Source: Camelus dromedarius (lineage: Eukaryota). Taken from it: a stretch of DNA of 64,000 nt. A program made the translations under genes and the position numbers. The notes beneath the pieces are model-generated. The model had not been told where the DNA came from, did not search any database, and saw only the letters and a program-made list of their open reading frames with translations. The DNA lies in assembly GCF_036321535.1 (NCBI RefSeq), contig NC_087452.1:33480001-33544000 (forward strand), in the 5' to 3' direction. Below, piece after piece: positions 13,501 to 25,645 of this stretch; within the stretch, counting starts at the first letter, position 1; each line of letters begins with the position of its first letter.

Positions 13501-16500
13501 AAAGCTGCCAGCAGAGGGAGCCAAGAGGCTGAGGGACGGGTGTCCCTGCCTGCTGTAGCCACCCATTCCTTTTCCTGAGTGTTTCACAGAAACAGGCTGA
13601 GAGCATCCTCAGGGCTCTCTCCTGCTTAGCTGCCCAGCTGATGCTCTAGACAGAAAACACACAGCTCAGTGGTCCAGCCATTTTCATTTGAGCCATTTTT
13701 CAAGGTTGGAAAATCATTATGCTCCTTCTTCCCCACATCCAGTCAGTTGTTAGAGCCTACCCATCTAACTTCTGTGGTTCCTTCCTGACCCTTTCCCTTG
13801 CTAGTGCCTCCACATGAGGCTTGTGATCCATGCTTCCACCCCTCCTATCTGTTCAGCCCTGAGCTGATCCATGCTTCCACCCCTCCTATCTGTTCAGCCC
13901 TGGGCATCGTGCCACTCCCTTGCCAGAACACTTCTGGGGACCTTTTGCACTGTGCCTGAGGCACTTGTGGAGCCTCCTTGTGGGCTGCGGTGGATCTTCA
14001 GCCTTTAGCCACATCACACTGTCAGACACAGCAGAGCACCCCTTCCTTGCCTTCCTGCTCCTATGCCTTTCTGTGCCTGTGCTCTTCTCCATACTGAAGA
14101 GTTAGCTGCCCTGCCGAGCCTTCCCTAGTCTCCTCAGCAGAAATAAGCTCACTGTCCTCTGCATAGGTAGCTTCTTATTCAGATGCTGTGTCAGGAGCCA
14201 GGGGCCACAGAGGTGCTCTAGAGTCTGGCTGGAGCATGGTCCACCCACTGCATACACGCCCAGCCATCCGTAGACTGGGAGCCACATCCTAATCTGCGTC
14301 CCTCACCACTAACTTCCTTACACACATAGTGCTTTCCCTGCATGTAGTACTTGGTCAACGTCACAGGGGGAGTGAATGCATATAGGCCAGTTTCCTTTCA
14401 TTCTTGTACCTGTAATTCCTCATTTTTTCTTTTTTTTTTTAGCATATATTTATTTTAATTTTTCTCCTTAATGGAGGCACTGGGAGTTGAATCCAGAATC
14501 TTGTGCATGCCAGACGCACTCCACCACTGAGCTATACCCCCGACCCCACTAATTCCTCAGTCTTACTCTTCCCTGTCTTTCTTTGGGTCCTCCAGTCTCT
14601 TTATGGAGTTAGAGCTGGCTGGCTGCCCCAGTGTAGGTTGGACTGAGGAAGGGCTGTGGGAGTGTGAGGGGCACAGGACTCTGTGAGGTTCAGCCTGTGG
14701 TTGATTTCGACAAACTAAGCTCTTTGCTGGTCCCTCCTACCTACTCTACTCTCAGAGCCCATAGGCCTGGCCACCTTGGAAGCCCCAGTAACATAAGGGC
14801 TCTGCCAGGAGATTGGCAGGTATAGTACCCACCCTCAGGGAGCTAATAGTCTCAGTTACCATCTCATGTGGACAAACCTTTAGAACCCAAGCTGCTTAAG
14901 GCAAAAAGTAAAAATCCTTTTTCTAGGATATCACTCAAGGCTGCCATCTGCAAGTTCCTCATGGTGCTCCCTTCCACTTTCCATTCCATGGGCCTCAGTG
15001 TTTCCGTGCACTTGTCCTCTGTGTCCAGCATCCACAGTAAAGGACCCACAAGCACACAGGCTGCCTCTAGATGCCCAGGGACTTTGCATACCTGCTTTTG
15101 CTTACTTTCTTTACCACTCCAGGCTTCTCTAAGGTCTAGACTTCTACAACAGGTCTTTATTGAGTGCTTGCTGCATACCAGGCCCTCCCTGTCTTCTTGC
15201 AACTTGTGTTTCAGTAGGATAGACAAGCTAGGGGATTCAATAACCAAGCCTTGAGCCCACTGGCCACACACCACATCATGGGATTTGGTCTATAGCTCCC
15301 AGTTGGGATTGAGCCCACTTCATTCTGAGTAAGCCTTGGGTCAGGGCCTGCAGCCCACCTTGGTACAGAGGTAATTTCTCTGGTCTCCCCTGTCTTTCAA
15401 GCCAGCAGGATACCATATCTGATAAGCCTACATGTGTACAAAACTGAGCTGGGCTTCCCATCAAGCTGTTTGCAAGCTGACGTCATTCCTTTTTCTCCAG
15501 TATTTCTCTGGGCATAAAAATTAGGGTGGCAGGTCTGTGCTTTTTGTATTAGCCCTTCTTTGAACTAGACACAATCAGTTCTAAATTCAGGGTCTTTTTT
15601 AGGGACCCAAGCTCTCAAAAATAGTTGTTGAATCTTCAGTAGCAGCTTTGCCCCATCTTTGTGCTCTGATGACGACCCTCAAAACTGAAAGTCCCCTCAA
15701 AAACCCTGCCTCTACCTTTCCTATGGCAGCTGACAGGTTGCTATGTGGGTCTGAAAGGAGTCTTAGGCTTTCCTGACATATTGCAATGTAAAGGCACATT
15801 CCTGTAACCAACATTCAAATCCAAAGGAAGAGCAGTCCAGGCAGAGAGAATGGCAAGTGCAAAGGCCCTGAGGCAGGACTGAGTTGGATATGCTTGGAGG
15901 AGTGGGGCCAGCGGCAGACAAGCCAAATCTGCAGAGTTTCACAGGCCAGCCATGGAGTGCAGATTTTTATCCTAAGGACAATGGAAACTATCGGGATGCT
16001 TGAGAAAGATCGCTCTGGTGGGACTGGTGCACGCCTCTGATTTTCATCTGGTTACCTGTGAGATGGTTCCTCGAGCCTGCACTCCAGCCCAGGGGTACCA
16101 GGTCACCAGCTTGATGGGTGCCCTCTGAGACCTCTGCTTCACTACAGATGAAGACCCTATAGACATTCAAAGTATTGTGGGAGGCAGTTGGGTATTTGAT
16201 TTTAGGTGTTTTCTGGATGCTTTGCTGTCACTCTATAACTTTAAAATAGGACTCCCTGGAATGCCTTGGAGATATATCCATGTTGGTTCCCAGAGATCTG
16301 TGTTATTCCTCCTGCCACCCAGTGTGTGTGAAGCACACAGGCAATGTTGACTCAGGCATCCCCTTCTCAGTGGATAGCCCAGGCATTTCCAGTTTTCCAA
16401 GTTGATAGCACCATAGGGAACACCCAGGGTTCCAGGGGAGAGGTGAGATGGCAAGACAGTCACCCTGGGACTTCTGTCTCTTGTATCTTATGTCTCAGTC

Positions 16501-19500
16501 TTTCTTGATATTACTTCCTTGCTTTGCTAAAGTTCACCTTGAAATAGTTCCTAAGGAAGGGAACTGGGCTGTGTGTCAAAATGCTTCTATGCTGCTTCTG
16601 GCTTAGTTTGCCAGTTTGCATTCCAGATGAAAGTTAGTTTCCCTTAGACCCCGAAGAGCCTGCTTTCTAGTTGTCTAAAATCCATTGTTGCCGCTGAGAA
16701 ATTGATGCCCATCTGATTCTCAGCTCTTTTGTAGATGAAACTCTTGTTTCTCTTGAGACAGTTTTAGGCTGCTTCCTTTGCTCTGGGGCTCCTGTTACTT
16801 CCCCTGACGTGTCTGGTTGAGAGTTTTTTCCATTTGTCTTGCTGGACCCTTATTGGGTCCTTTCAGGGTAAACATGTGCGTCCTCCTTCAGCTCTAGGAA
16901 CTTTTTTCTCTCTCTCTCTCTCTCTTTGATCAAGTCTTTATTTAAAATTAGCTGTCCAAAACGGGAACTTTCTTGTGTTATCCTTTTGAGAGTCTGCTGC
17001 ACTCCAGTGTCTCCGGCTGCTCTGGACCACCCGCAGATCTAATGTCTGACTTGGTTTGGTCCTGTATACTTTTGGTTTTTTGTACTCTATATTTTGGGAG
17101 ATTTTCCTTAAATTTTAATTAGAATTTAATTTTTATGATATTTTACTTCATCAATCATATTTTTTATTATGGTACAATATATATGACATAAAACTCACTG
17201 TTTTAACCATTTTTAAATGAATAATTCTGTGGCATTAAGTATATTCATATTGTTGTGCAACCATCACCGCTGTTCACCTAGAGAACTTTTTCATCTTCCC
17301 CACCTGAAACTCTACCCATTAAACGCCAACTCCATGCCCCACTCCTACCCCTGGCAGCCACCATTCTACTTTATGTCTCTATCAATTTGACTACTCTAGG
17401 ACCTTCCTATAGGTGAAATCAAATAATATTTGTCCTTTTGTGGCTGGTTTATTTCACTTAGCGTACTATCTTCAAGGTACATCCATGCTGTAGATATGTG
17501 AGAATTTCCTTCCTTTTTAAGGCTGAATCAGTAATCGCATTTTAAATTTCCAAGCCTTCTTTCTTGCTCTCGGAGTGCATCCACTGCAAAATATACTGTC
17601 CTTTGTCTTATGGTCTGGCAGTTTTGTTTCTGTCAGGGTCAGTGTGTATTTATCACGGCCTTTCTCTTGGACTTCCCTCCCGTGCCTGGGGGACCTTGGC
17701 TACCTGTGGCCCTCTCAGGAGGAGGAACAGAAAAGCTACCTGCGAGCCTAACTTATATGGGCAGAGTTTGGGGGAGTGTGCGGTCAGCTGGCATCATACT
17801 GAGTCTTTGCTGAACCTAGGATGCAGAGGGATTTACTGTCAGGTCCAATACTGGCTGCCCTAAAATCCCATGGATGGTTTGCCTGTGTCTTTAGGAAAGG
17901 CCGTTCTCTTTCTTGGCCCCAGGTAGCAGGCTTGCTACCTGGTGCTTTGCCAATGCAGATATAGGAAGGGATGGAGCCAAGCTCACACATTCCATCAGTA
18001 CTCCCATTTTCAGGCTTGTTTAATATGTCTGTAGATCTAGGTCTTCCCTAGTCCTCCCTTGCATTTGTAACCCTCTCCTGGTGGGTTCTGGCTTGATGGG
18101 TCTGGTGGTAAGTCTCCTATCCCCTGGCCATGCTCCCTTCCAGACTGTTTTGGAAATCTACAGATACTGATGATGGCTGCCCATTCCATTTGTTACAGTA
18201 GGATTATCCTACATTCCTGTCATTTTTGGGAGACCTCAGGAGGTAGTTATCACCCCTAGTACTACAGAGAGGGTGTTTGGAAGACTCCTTTTATGAACCT
18301 CAAGAGCACCTGAGCTTCAAGCTCAAGGGAGTTGGGGAAGCTATGCTTAGGACACGTTGTGTAGGACACATTGACTAGTTCCCATGTCACACAGGTGATA
18401 GGTCTGCCCAGGGCCTTGATTCAGTTTTGGAAAGGGGGCTTTGAGTGTCTTGCCTCAATTCCTGAGGACTCTGGTATGAAGCCCTGGGTGAGTATCCCAA
18501 AGGTAATGGTATCACCCAGGAGGACCTCAAGCCAGGCCCTCAACCAGTGAGGGGCGGCACTGGGCCCTAGGCTCTTCCACTTCATCAGACAGGCAGAAGG
18601 TAGGAAGGAAAGAAAGACCATTGGTAGGAAGGAAAATAGTGTTTGAGCTCATGAAAGAAGAAGGATTCACCAGGAGCTGTCTGAGGGAAAAAGAAGTGTA
18701 TTCATATGAGCCAGATGGTGTGGGGGAGTGAGGAAGGCACTGTGAGAACCTCTTGAGTCTTGAGCTTAATGTTGTGGATGGCCAGGAGGTGCGAGTGAAA
18801 AAGGCTGGCTTGGCTTGAGCCAAGGCTGGGCACATGCCATGAGCACCACTGGGCAGGGTCCAAGGGGATGGCAGCAGGAAACTCTGCTGAGAGCCACCTG
18901 GAGGGCAAATGGCTTCCCCCAGCCCGACCCTGCCTGCCTCTTGAGTGCACCTCTGCTAACCTGGGCCTGGACTTGCTGCAGTTGGTAAATAGCGGTAGAA
19001 TAACAGATATTACAGAAGATTGGCATGAGTGGTCCTGGCTGCTGCTTTATATTGTGACTCCCAGAGAGGGAAGCAAAGCAGCCTTTGCTTCCACTTGGAG
19101 GCACGAGGAGGGTAGAATTTCCAGGGATCTGGCGAGGGAAAGGAAGAGGTATTCCAGGCCTTCCAGACTGCTTACCCACCCAAGTCAGTGCTGGCAGTTC
19201 CCTTTCCCCTGATATGCACACCCCAGCGGGCTCCTGACCGAGACTAATATCCCCACGGCTCCTCCCTTGGTCCCTGAGTAGTGAGAGTAGGGCTGTGGGC
19301 AGCCCTGAGGGAAGGAAAGAGAGAGAGTATTCTTGGGGCTGCCCCTGCCACCCTCCGAGTTCTCTGATCACAGGAGCTAAGGAGCCCCACTAGGCCTGGA
19401 TGAGCTAGAGAAATCTTGCTGGCTGCAGTCATCTGATAGAATTACACCCCTTCACCATTAAAAAGTAAAAACACATTCATTGTTGAGAATTTGAAAATGT

Positions 19501-22500
19501 AGACTTATCCCAGCAGTAGTCACCGTTGACCAATAGTAAATTTCCTTCAAGTCCTCTTTCTGTATGTGGTGAGGTAGACGATATGTATGCACAAATCATG
19601 TGATTTGTAGAGGTTTTTTTTCTCTATATGTGGAGGTTTTTTTTCTCCCAATTTTATTGTGGTACAATATATATAATATAAAATTTACCAACATTTTTAA
19701 GTGTACAGTTCAGTGGTATTAAATACCTTCATAAAGTTGTACAACTATCACCACCATCTATCCCCAGAATTTTTGTCTTATAAAAAACTTAAGCTCTATA
19801 TCCATTAAATAATAACTCCCCATTTTCCCCCCTTCCCCCAGCCCCTGTCACTATGNNNNNNNNNNNNNNNNNNNNNNNNNNNNNNNNNNNNNNNNNNNNN
19901 NNNNNNNNNNNNNNNNNNNNNNNNNNNNNNNNNNNNNNNNNNNNNNNNNNNNNNNNNNNNNNNNNNNNNNNNNNNNNNNNNNNNNNNNNNNNNNNNNNNN
20001 NNNNNNNNNNNNNNNNNNNNNNNNNNNNNNNNNNNNNNNNNNNNNNNNNNNNNNNNNNNNNNNNNNNNNNNNNNNNNNNNNNNNNNNNNNNNNNNNNNNN
20101 NNNNNNNNNNACAAATAGCTCTTTGAGATCCTGCTCCCAGTGCTTTTGCATATATACCCAGATGTTGAATGGCTAGATCATTTAGTAATTCTATTTTTAG
20201 TTGCTTGAGAAATGGCCTTTCTGTTGTCCACAGTGGTTGTACCACTTTACATTCCCACCAGCAGCACATAGGGGTTCCAATTCCACCGCATTCTTTCCAG
20301 CAGTTGTTATTTTCTGTTTTTTTATTAGTAGCCATCCTAATGAGGGTGAGGTGGTGTCTCATTATAGTTTGATTTGCATTTCCCTAATATTAGTGATTTG
20401 GGGCCTCTTTTCTGATATTTATTGGCCGTTTGTAAATCATCTTGGGAGAAATGTCTATTCAAGTCCTTTGCCCATTTTTGATTGGATTGTTTGTTTTTTG
20501 TTGTGCTTTAGAAGTTCTCTATATAGTCTGGATTTTAATCCCTCATTAGATACGACTTGCAAATATATTCTCCCATTCTGTGCACTGCCTTTTTACTCTG
20601 TTGATAGTATCTTTTCATGCACAAAATTTTAAATTTTTGTGAAGTCTAATTTGTCTGTCTTTTCTTTTGTGGACTATTATACAGAGTTTAATGTTGCTTT
20701 TTAAATTTAACATATGAACATTTCCCCATATTATTAAGTTTACTCTCTAGCAACAGTACTTTAATGTCTATATCATAGTCAAGCTATGAAAGTGCCAGTT
20801 CGCTGGGGGAGTCGTTTTGACAGCTTTTAATATTGTGCCATTTGCCATGATGAGTGACACTGGAAGGGACATCCCTCTACTTCAGCGTGTGGTCAACTCT
20901 CTCACTGGATCCTTACACTGCATTCTAAGAAATGAGGCTATTTGGACAAAAGGCTTTTTATTTGTTCATCTGAGTTTGTGTGGCTTTTGCTTGCTTCCTT
21001 CCATATCTACCAGACTTTCGCTGTGTGAAGGACTAAGCCAAGTGGTCTTTTTCAGTAGAGATTAGGGCTTCCTTTCAGGGTAGCATTAAACCAGGTGTGG
21101 ACCCCAGGCCCCCGAAGCTGATCCATCTCTGACGTTTGAAGAGCAGTTGTCCTTCTGGGCTGCCACTATGGTCTTAAGTCACCAGGCTGTCTCTGCCTGT
21201 AGTCCAGCTCCTGTGGAGATGCTGAACCTGAAGCTTCGCCGGCCAGCCTTCGGTGATGATATTGACCTCAACGCCACCTTTAATGTGGACACCCCCCCAG
21301 GCCAGCCTTCCAGCACCCAGCATGGCCATGCCAAGAGGCTTTTCCCAGAGAAGTCACAGTAAGTGGTTGTCCCTGGCCTTTCCACAGCCTGGGGGAGAAT
21401 GGCTAAGAGATCTCTGCAGATTCTGCCCTAATAACTCTGAGTGGCTGACGGGGCAGTGAGGGTCACCTGGGCTTGGCCATGGCTTTGGTTCCAGTCACCT
21501 CTTCTTCCTGCTCTGAGTTCTCTCTGCAAAGCCCTTCTGTCGCTTGTCTCATTAATCTTCACGATCACCCTTTAAGCAAAGATTGAGATGTGAGTTGGAG
21601 AGAATACAGGAGTCCCAGTAGGGGCAGATCTGGGCTGATGCTGTTGGGGTGGTGGGGTGTGCTCCCAGTATGTTGAATGCCTGTCCACTGGAGTCCTGAG
21701 GCAGGGACTCTGAACTTCCTCTTCAATTGTGAGCCCCACAGGCTCATGCTTGAGGCAGGACCATCTCAGACCCAGGAGCCCAGGGCCCTACCACTTAAGG
21801 AGGTAGCCCACAGGGGCAGGCATGAGAAGCTGTACGGAGCTGCTATGGAGTGGGTGGGAGCTGCACAAGTGGTGCAGTGGGACTGGGAATGCAGAGACTG
21901 TCCCCTTGGCCAGGCAGGCCAAGTATAGTTCATCATGGAGACAAGAGCTTCTCCCGTACATCCATGTAGATATACACTGCTCAGGTAAGAGAGTTCAAGA
22001 CTTTAGACATGAGAGAAAGAATTTGAGATGTTAGGCAGTGGAGATGGAGGAGGCCCAGGGAGAGGAAAACCAGGTGGCTATCCACCCCTCCCCACCTCAG
22101 GGGCAGAGGCACCTGTATGGTATAAGGCCAGGCCTGGTAGCAATGAGAAACCTAGGGCATGTGGGCTGCAGTCAGGGGGCCTATCAGTGCCTGCTCGATA
22201 CTCTGCCTTCCTCTTGTTGCCTCTTTAGCTGTAAAGGTTGAAGGTGGGCACCTGGGGCCCACAGGGTGCCAGATTTTTAGAGACATTCTACCATCTTCAG
22301 TGACTGCAAGGGATGTGAGGGAGCCCAGGATGCCCCTAACTTGGATCAGCCTCCCAAGAACCAGACTTTCAGCAAGTAGAGTTTCCTCCCTTGGTCATCA
22401 TGTGGCATGACCACAGGCTGTGGGGACAGAAGCAGAGGAGTTCAGTGTCGGCAGACCCTGATCCTGCCCTTGCCCTTGTGACTTTGAGAACCCACAGGCT

Positions 22501-24136
22501 CAGCCTGTCACCATTCTCCCACTCAGATCTGGGAAAATAAGAGGAGAGGTGTCCAGCTGCTAGGGTCCCTAGGAGTTGGATAGAAACACTGTGTCCAGCT
22601 CTGGAGCTAGGAGTGGGAGGCCAGGGCCTGGGGCCATGATCTGTTCTGCCCCCGACCCTACCTACACAGATCATTTAGGGAGATGTCTAGCCCTGTGTTC
22701 TGAGAGCACTTTATGCGCTATCTAACTTACTGAGGGTCTTGTGGAGGTGGTGGCAGATAGAGCTAGGCCTGACTTCTTATCAAGGTATGACTGTCTTTCC
22801 TCCTGTGGGTGGTGGATCAGTTGGGCTTCCAGCCCCACACAGAGCCCAGGACGTGGTAAGGTGCCTGAGAGCACACCATTCCAATGGTGAACATTCCAAT
22901 GGCATTGGCTTGGCTCTGAGTGGAAGCCACAAGTTTGGAATGTGGTCCAACCTCTCCTGCCTCCACCACTCCGGTGGCTGTGGCTGTCCAGCTGTTCACA
23001 TATCTGCCCTTGGGGTGGGGATTACTGAGGTGCCTTGCCCATCATGCTACCATGCCACACAGTTGCTCCCAAAGGGGCATATGCTGACCTGGTCCACCTG
23101 CCTCTTGTGTCTCACTCACATGCCTCTTGCTTTCATGTCTCACTCTTGCAGTTCTCCTGTTCATGATGTTTTCAAGAAGATCCCCAAAGGCTCTAAGAAG
23201 GTAAGGCTTCTTAGAAGAAGCTCAGGCAGTCACCCTGCAACCCTTGCCAGGACTGAGTGTAAAGCTGGACTCCTGAGAGATCAGGGTCTTGCCAGAGCCC
23301 TCTCACTCCTGGCTGAGGACTGAAGCACTTTGGAGCCACCCTGGGAACCCTACTCACTGTCCTTCCTGCCTCCTGGTGAGGCATCAGAGATCCTGATCCT
23401 GTTCCATCCACCATCACTACCCGCCCTCCTCCTTGCTGCTGTCCAGTTCATGAAGCTTGGCTCTGGGGTCTCCTGCAGGAGTCCCAGCTCTCACTGGGTG
23501 GCCAGCGCTGTCTGGGAGAGCCTGATGAGGAGCTGGCTGGTGCCTTTCCTGTCTTCATCCGGAATGCTGTCCTGGGCCAGAAACAGCCCAAGAGGGCCAG
23601 GGCGGAGCCCTGTCGCAGCACAGATGCAGTGAGTGTGGCTTCCTACAATTTGGCAAGTGCCAACCTTCTCAGGGGTGGGACTGGGTGGCCAGCCCCCTAG
23701 CCCATTACCCTGGCCCACTCACCTCTTCCTTCTGCTTTAGGTAAGGACAGGCTTTGATGGGCTTGGAGGCCGGACAAAATTCATCCAGCCTGTATCCTTG
23801 TTCTGTGGCACTGGGCCGGGCTGAGCTTTGGTGCCCACACCATCCCTCACCTGTACCCCCAGATCCCAGCCTGCCAGAGGCTGCAGCGCCAGATATGCAG
23901 AGCCAGTCCTTGCTCAGTGTAGCAGGGTTGCCCACCCCCAAGTCTGAACCTTTCCTGCCCTGCATTCCAATCCTGTCTTTAAGCCTCTTCCTTGACATTT
24001 TCTTCAGACTGACACTACTCTGATCCGCCCATTGCCCATTAAGCCCAAGCCCAAGGCCAGGGCTAAGCAGAGAGTGGGCACCAAGACAGTACTCTCTCCC
24101 TCCCAGGCCAAGTTGGACACCTTCCTGTGGCAGTGA
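1262..24136 (+). CDS. TRAIP: E3 ubiquitin ligase TRAIP (RING, coiled coil, C-terminal PIP box), 472 aa, 15 coding exons
   Basis: Exons: 1262-1359, 5589-5646, 6175-6258, 8274-8313, 8915-9042, 10279-10373, 10875-10988, 11855-11942, 12554-12643, 13048-13136, 21203-21358, 23152-23200, 23479-23628, 23741-23791, 24008-24136. Total 1419 nt, frame continuous, all introns GT-AG. Starts [49 protein letters not shown] (RING-H2) and ends with PIP box [10 protein letters not shown]. Confidence 0.97.
1950..4300 (-). mobile_element. Nested L1 fragments (L1MB/L1ME-like), antisense, in TRAIP intron 1
   Basis: Typical antisense L1 3'-end text (taagtgtacagttcagtggcattaagtacattcac; cacattcccacc...tccacatccttgccaacacttg). 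Interrupted by the SNRPG retrocopy and an N-run. Subfamily assigned from memory. Confidence 0.8.
2063..2447 (-). pseudogene. SNRPG: Processed pseudogene (retrocopy) of SNRPG / Sm-G
   Basis: Minus strand 2429-2205 translates to (L)[71 protein letters not shown], collinear with Sm-G ([76 protein letters not shown]). No introns, ATG lost, stops at 2343-2345 and 2247-2249. 3'UTR with AATAAA (2085-2080). TSD CCATTTTA(A/G)CT at 2052-2062 and 2448-2458. Confidence 0.93.
4302..4734 (+). mobile_element. Probable solo LTR (ERV1-like) inserted into an old L1 fragment
   Basis: About 430 nt of non-L1 sequence starting TG(AGAGAC) and ending GGTCAGTAACA, with TATA-like and polyA-like motifs. The L1-like sequence resumes on both sides. 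TSD not clearly resolved. Confidence 0.5.
11075..11290 (+). mobile_element. MIR SINE
   Basis: MIR core (ttcttaacctctctgatcctcagcttcc...ataataacttgcctcacaggattattg). Further MIR fragments near 9090-9270, 25270-25450, 47330-47440, 55730-55920 and 56260-56400. Confidence 0.7.
11526..11612 (-). mobile_element. tRNA-Ala-derived SINE (Vic-1-like)
   Basis: Reverse complement reads ggaggataaaagctcaatggtagagcgcatgcttagcatgcatgaggtcctcagtgcaatccccagtacc plus an A tail; A box, B box and AGC anticodon arm recognisable. Confidence 0.8.
13506..13523 (+). promoter_or_regulatory. Candidate CTCF site in TRAIP intron 10
   Basis: TGCCAGCAGAGGGAGCCA closely matches the CTCF core CCASYAGRKGGCRS. Motif match only. 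Confidence 0.5.
13824..13902. repeat. Tandem duplication, 41-nt period, 38-nt perfect identity
   Basis: TGATCCATGCTTCCACCCCTCCTATCTGTTCAGCCCTG occurs at 13824-13861 and 13865-13902. Confidence 0.95.
14423..14549 (-). mobile_element. tRNA-Ala-derived SINE (Vic-1-like), older copy
   Basis: Poly-T followed by a degenerate reverse tRNA-like head; TSD TAATTCCTCA at 14413-14422 and 14550-14559. Confidence 0.8.
15170..16250 (-). mobile_element. L2 LINE fragments
   Basis: Antisense L2 3' end (caacaggtctttattgagtgcttgctgcataccaggc) and internal L2 text (ccaggcagagagaatggcaagtgcaaaggccctgaggcagg). Confidence 0.65.
16560..17520 (-). mobile_element. L1 fragments (old L1ME-like plus L1MB-like 3' end)
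   Basis: AT-rich antisense L1 3' end (ctgtggcattaagtatattcatattgttgtgcaaccatcacc) preceded by degenerate L1ME-like sequence. Confidence 0.7.
19420..20720 (-). mobile_element. L1 fragment, antisense, in TRAIP intron 10
   Basis: L1 3'UTR and ORF2-end sequence; minus-strand translation resembles L1 ORF2 ([22 protein letters not shown]). Contains the N-run 19856-20110. Confidence 0.85.
23792..24007 (+). other. U12-type (minor spliceosome) GT-AG intron, TRAIP intron 14
   Basis: 5' splice site GTATCCTT (23792-23799) and branch site TTCCTTGAC (23988-23996), with the branch A 12 nt upstream of the intron end. Confidence 0.9.
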
Positions 24137-24634
24137 GAACAGTGAGTCTGATCAGTGTCCAGATATATGTCTCTGACTTGTAGGCTGAGGACTGGTAACT
24201 AGCTCAGCACAGGGTTTGCGGGGCACAGCCCCTCTTCCAGGACCTGCCCTGAGGACGAGGATAAACAAGAAGATGGGAGTGAAGTTGAGGTCCAGAAACT
24301 GCTTTTCCTGCACACGCCCTGCCCCGCTCCCTATCACACTGGGCCTACCTATGGGAGTGGATGTGATCACCTCACTGTTCCTGACAGCAGGGCTTGCTCC
24401 ATGTTCCAGGCTCCCATTTATAGCCATGATCAGAGGTGGCTGGGCTGCTTCTGGCCCTCCAGACCAGGGTCTTTTGTCGACTCTAGGGACCAAAGTGCTT
24501 GAGGCTTCTCAGGCAGCTTCAGCCTGCCCAAGCTTCTGCCTGCCTCTGACTTGCTGCTCAGCATGGCCTGGGCCAAGCAGGGCAGGGAATAGGGGATGGT
24601 GGTGGGGAGAGGATGGGGAAAGATTTCTATGTAA

Positions 24635-24640
24635 AATAAA
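24635..24640 (+). terminator. TRAIP polyadenylation signal
   Basis: AATAAA about 500 nt after the stop codon, followed by T-rich sequence. Confidence 0.7.
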
Positions 24641-25485
24641 AAAGATAGAATCTTTTATTCCTGGCTCTGGAAGTATAAATTTGCACTCACTTTGGAGGAC
24701 TGTCTGGCATGATTTTCTAAAGTGAGACCTTCACCTAGACTCAGACCCAGCAGTTCCACCCTCAGGGATTGCCTCCCATGGGGCACAGAGAGACTCTAGC
24801 AAGAATGAGGACACTGCAGTACTTTGTCCACAGTCTCTAACCCGGGCACAGCTCAAGGGCCATAAGCAGGAAAGCAAATGGGTAAACTAGGATCTAGACC
24901 CAGTGAACTCACAGCAAGCACAACAAATGACCGGTGACACCCCTCCTCTTCTCCACCTCCCAACTCTGCCATCCAGATTGCTAGCTTTTGTGTCTTAGCT
25001 TCAAGGGCACTCTCCTAGAAGACTTCCCTTTTGACTCCTAGCTTGGGTGAGGCCCCCTAACTTCCCTCTCTCACTACTAGATGGGAGTTCACCTGTTTCT
25101 GCAGGGCCCAACATAGACCTGGCACAGGGAGAGAGGGCATATTTCAGGCTGAGAGTACCCAGCTGCTGTCCGCATGTTTGGAGGAGCTTGGGGCTTCTTG
25201 AAGAGGGAGTGACACTCTTGTTGATAGGAGTTGGACCCCTCTGGTGCTGCCTTGAGCCAAGAATGGTTAGTGAGGAGAAGTGCAGCATGAAGTTAAAGGT
25301 GCAGTGGCTGGCTAAAGTACCCTCCGTACTGGCTGAATGATCTTAGGCAAATTACCTAGACTTTCTGTGTTTCAGCTTCTTTTTCTGTATAGTGGGGACA
25401 ATAGCACCAACCTCTCACTTGTGGGGACCTAATGAGTCAGTATTATGGGTTAAGAATTTGGGAAAAAAACAGAATTTGGGACAGC

Positions 25486-25645
25486 CAGGCAAAGGGTATT
25501 TTTCAGTGATAGATAGTGACCTAGCATGCACAAGGTCATGGGTTTGATCCCTAGTACGTCAATTAAATAAAAAACAATAATAAATAAATAAACCTAATTA
25601 TCTCCTCCCCCACCCCAAATTTAAAAAGATTAAAAATTTAAAAAA
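25486..25645 (+). mobile_element. tRNA-Ala-derived SINE (Vic-1-like), diverged
   Basis: cctagcatgcacaaggtcatgggtttgatccctagtac...aaataaataaacctaattatctcc plus an A tail; TSD AGAATTTGGGA(C/T)AGC at 25471-25485 and 25647-25661. Confidence 0.8.

Noticed and set aside
18766-19371. 201-aa minus-strand ORF in TRAIP intron 10 and many similar 60-200 aa ORFs
   Set aside because: No recognisable domains or splice context; expected by chance in GC-rich mammalian DNA.
20848-20972. Box C (ATGATGA) and a distant CTGA suggesting a C/D snoRNA
   Set aside because: No terminal stem and no recognisable guide sequence.
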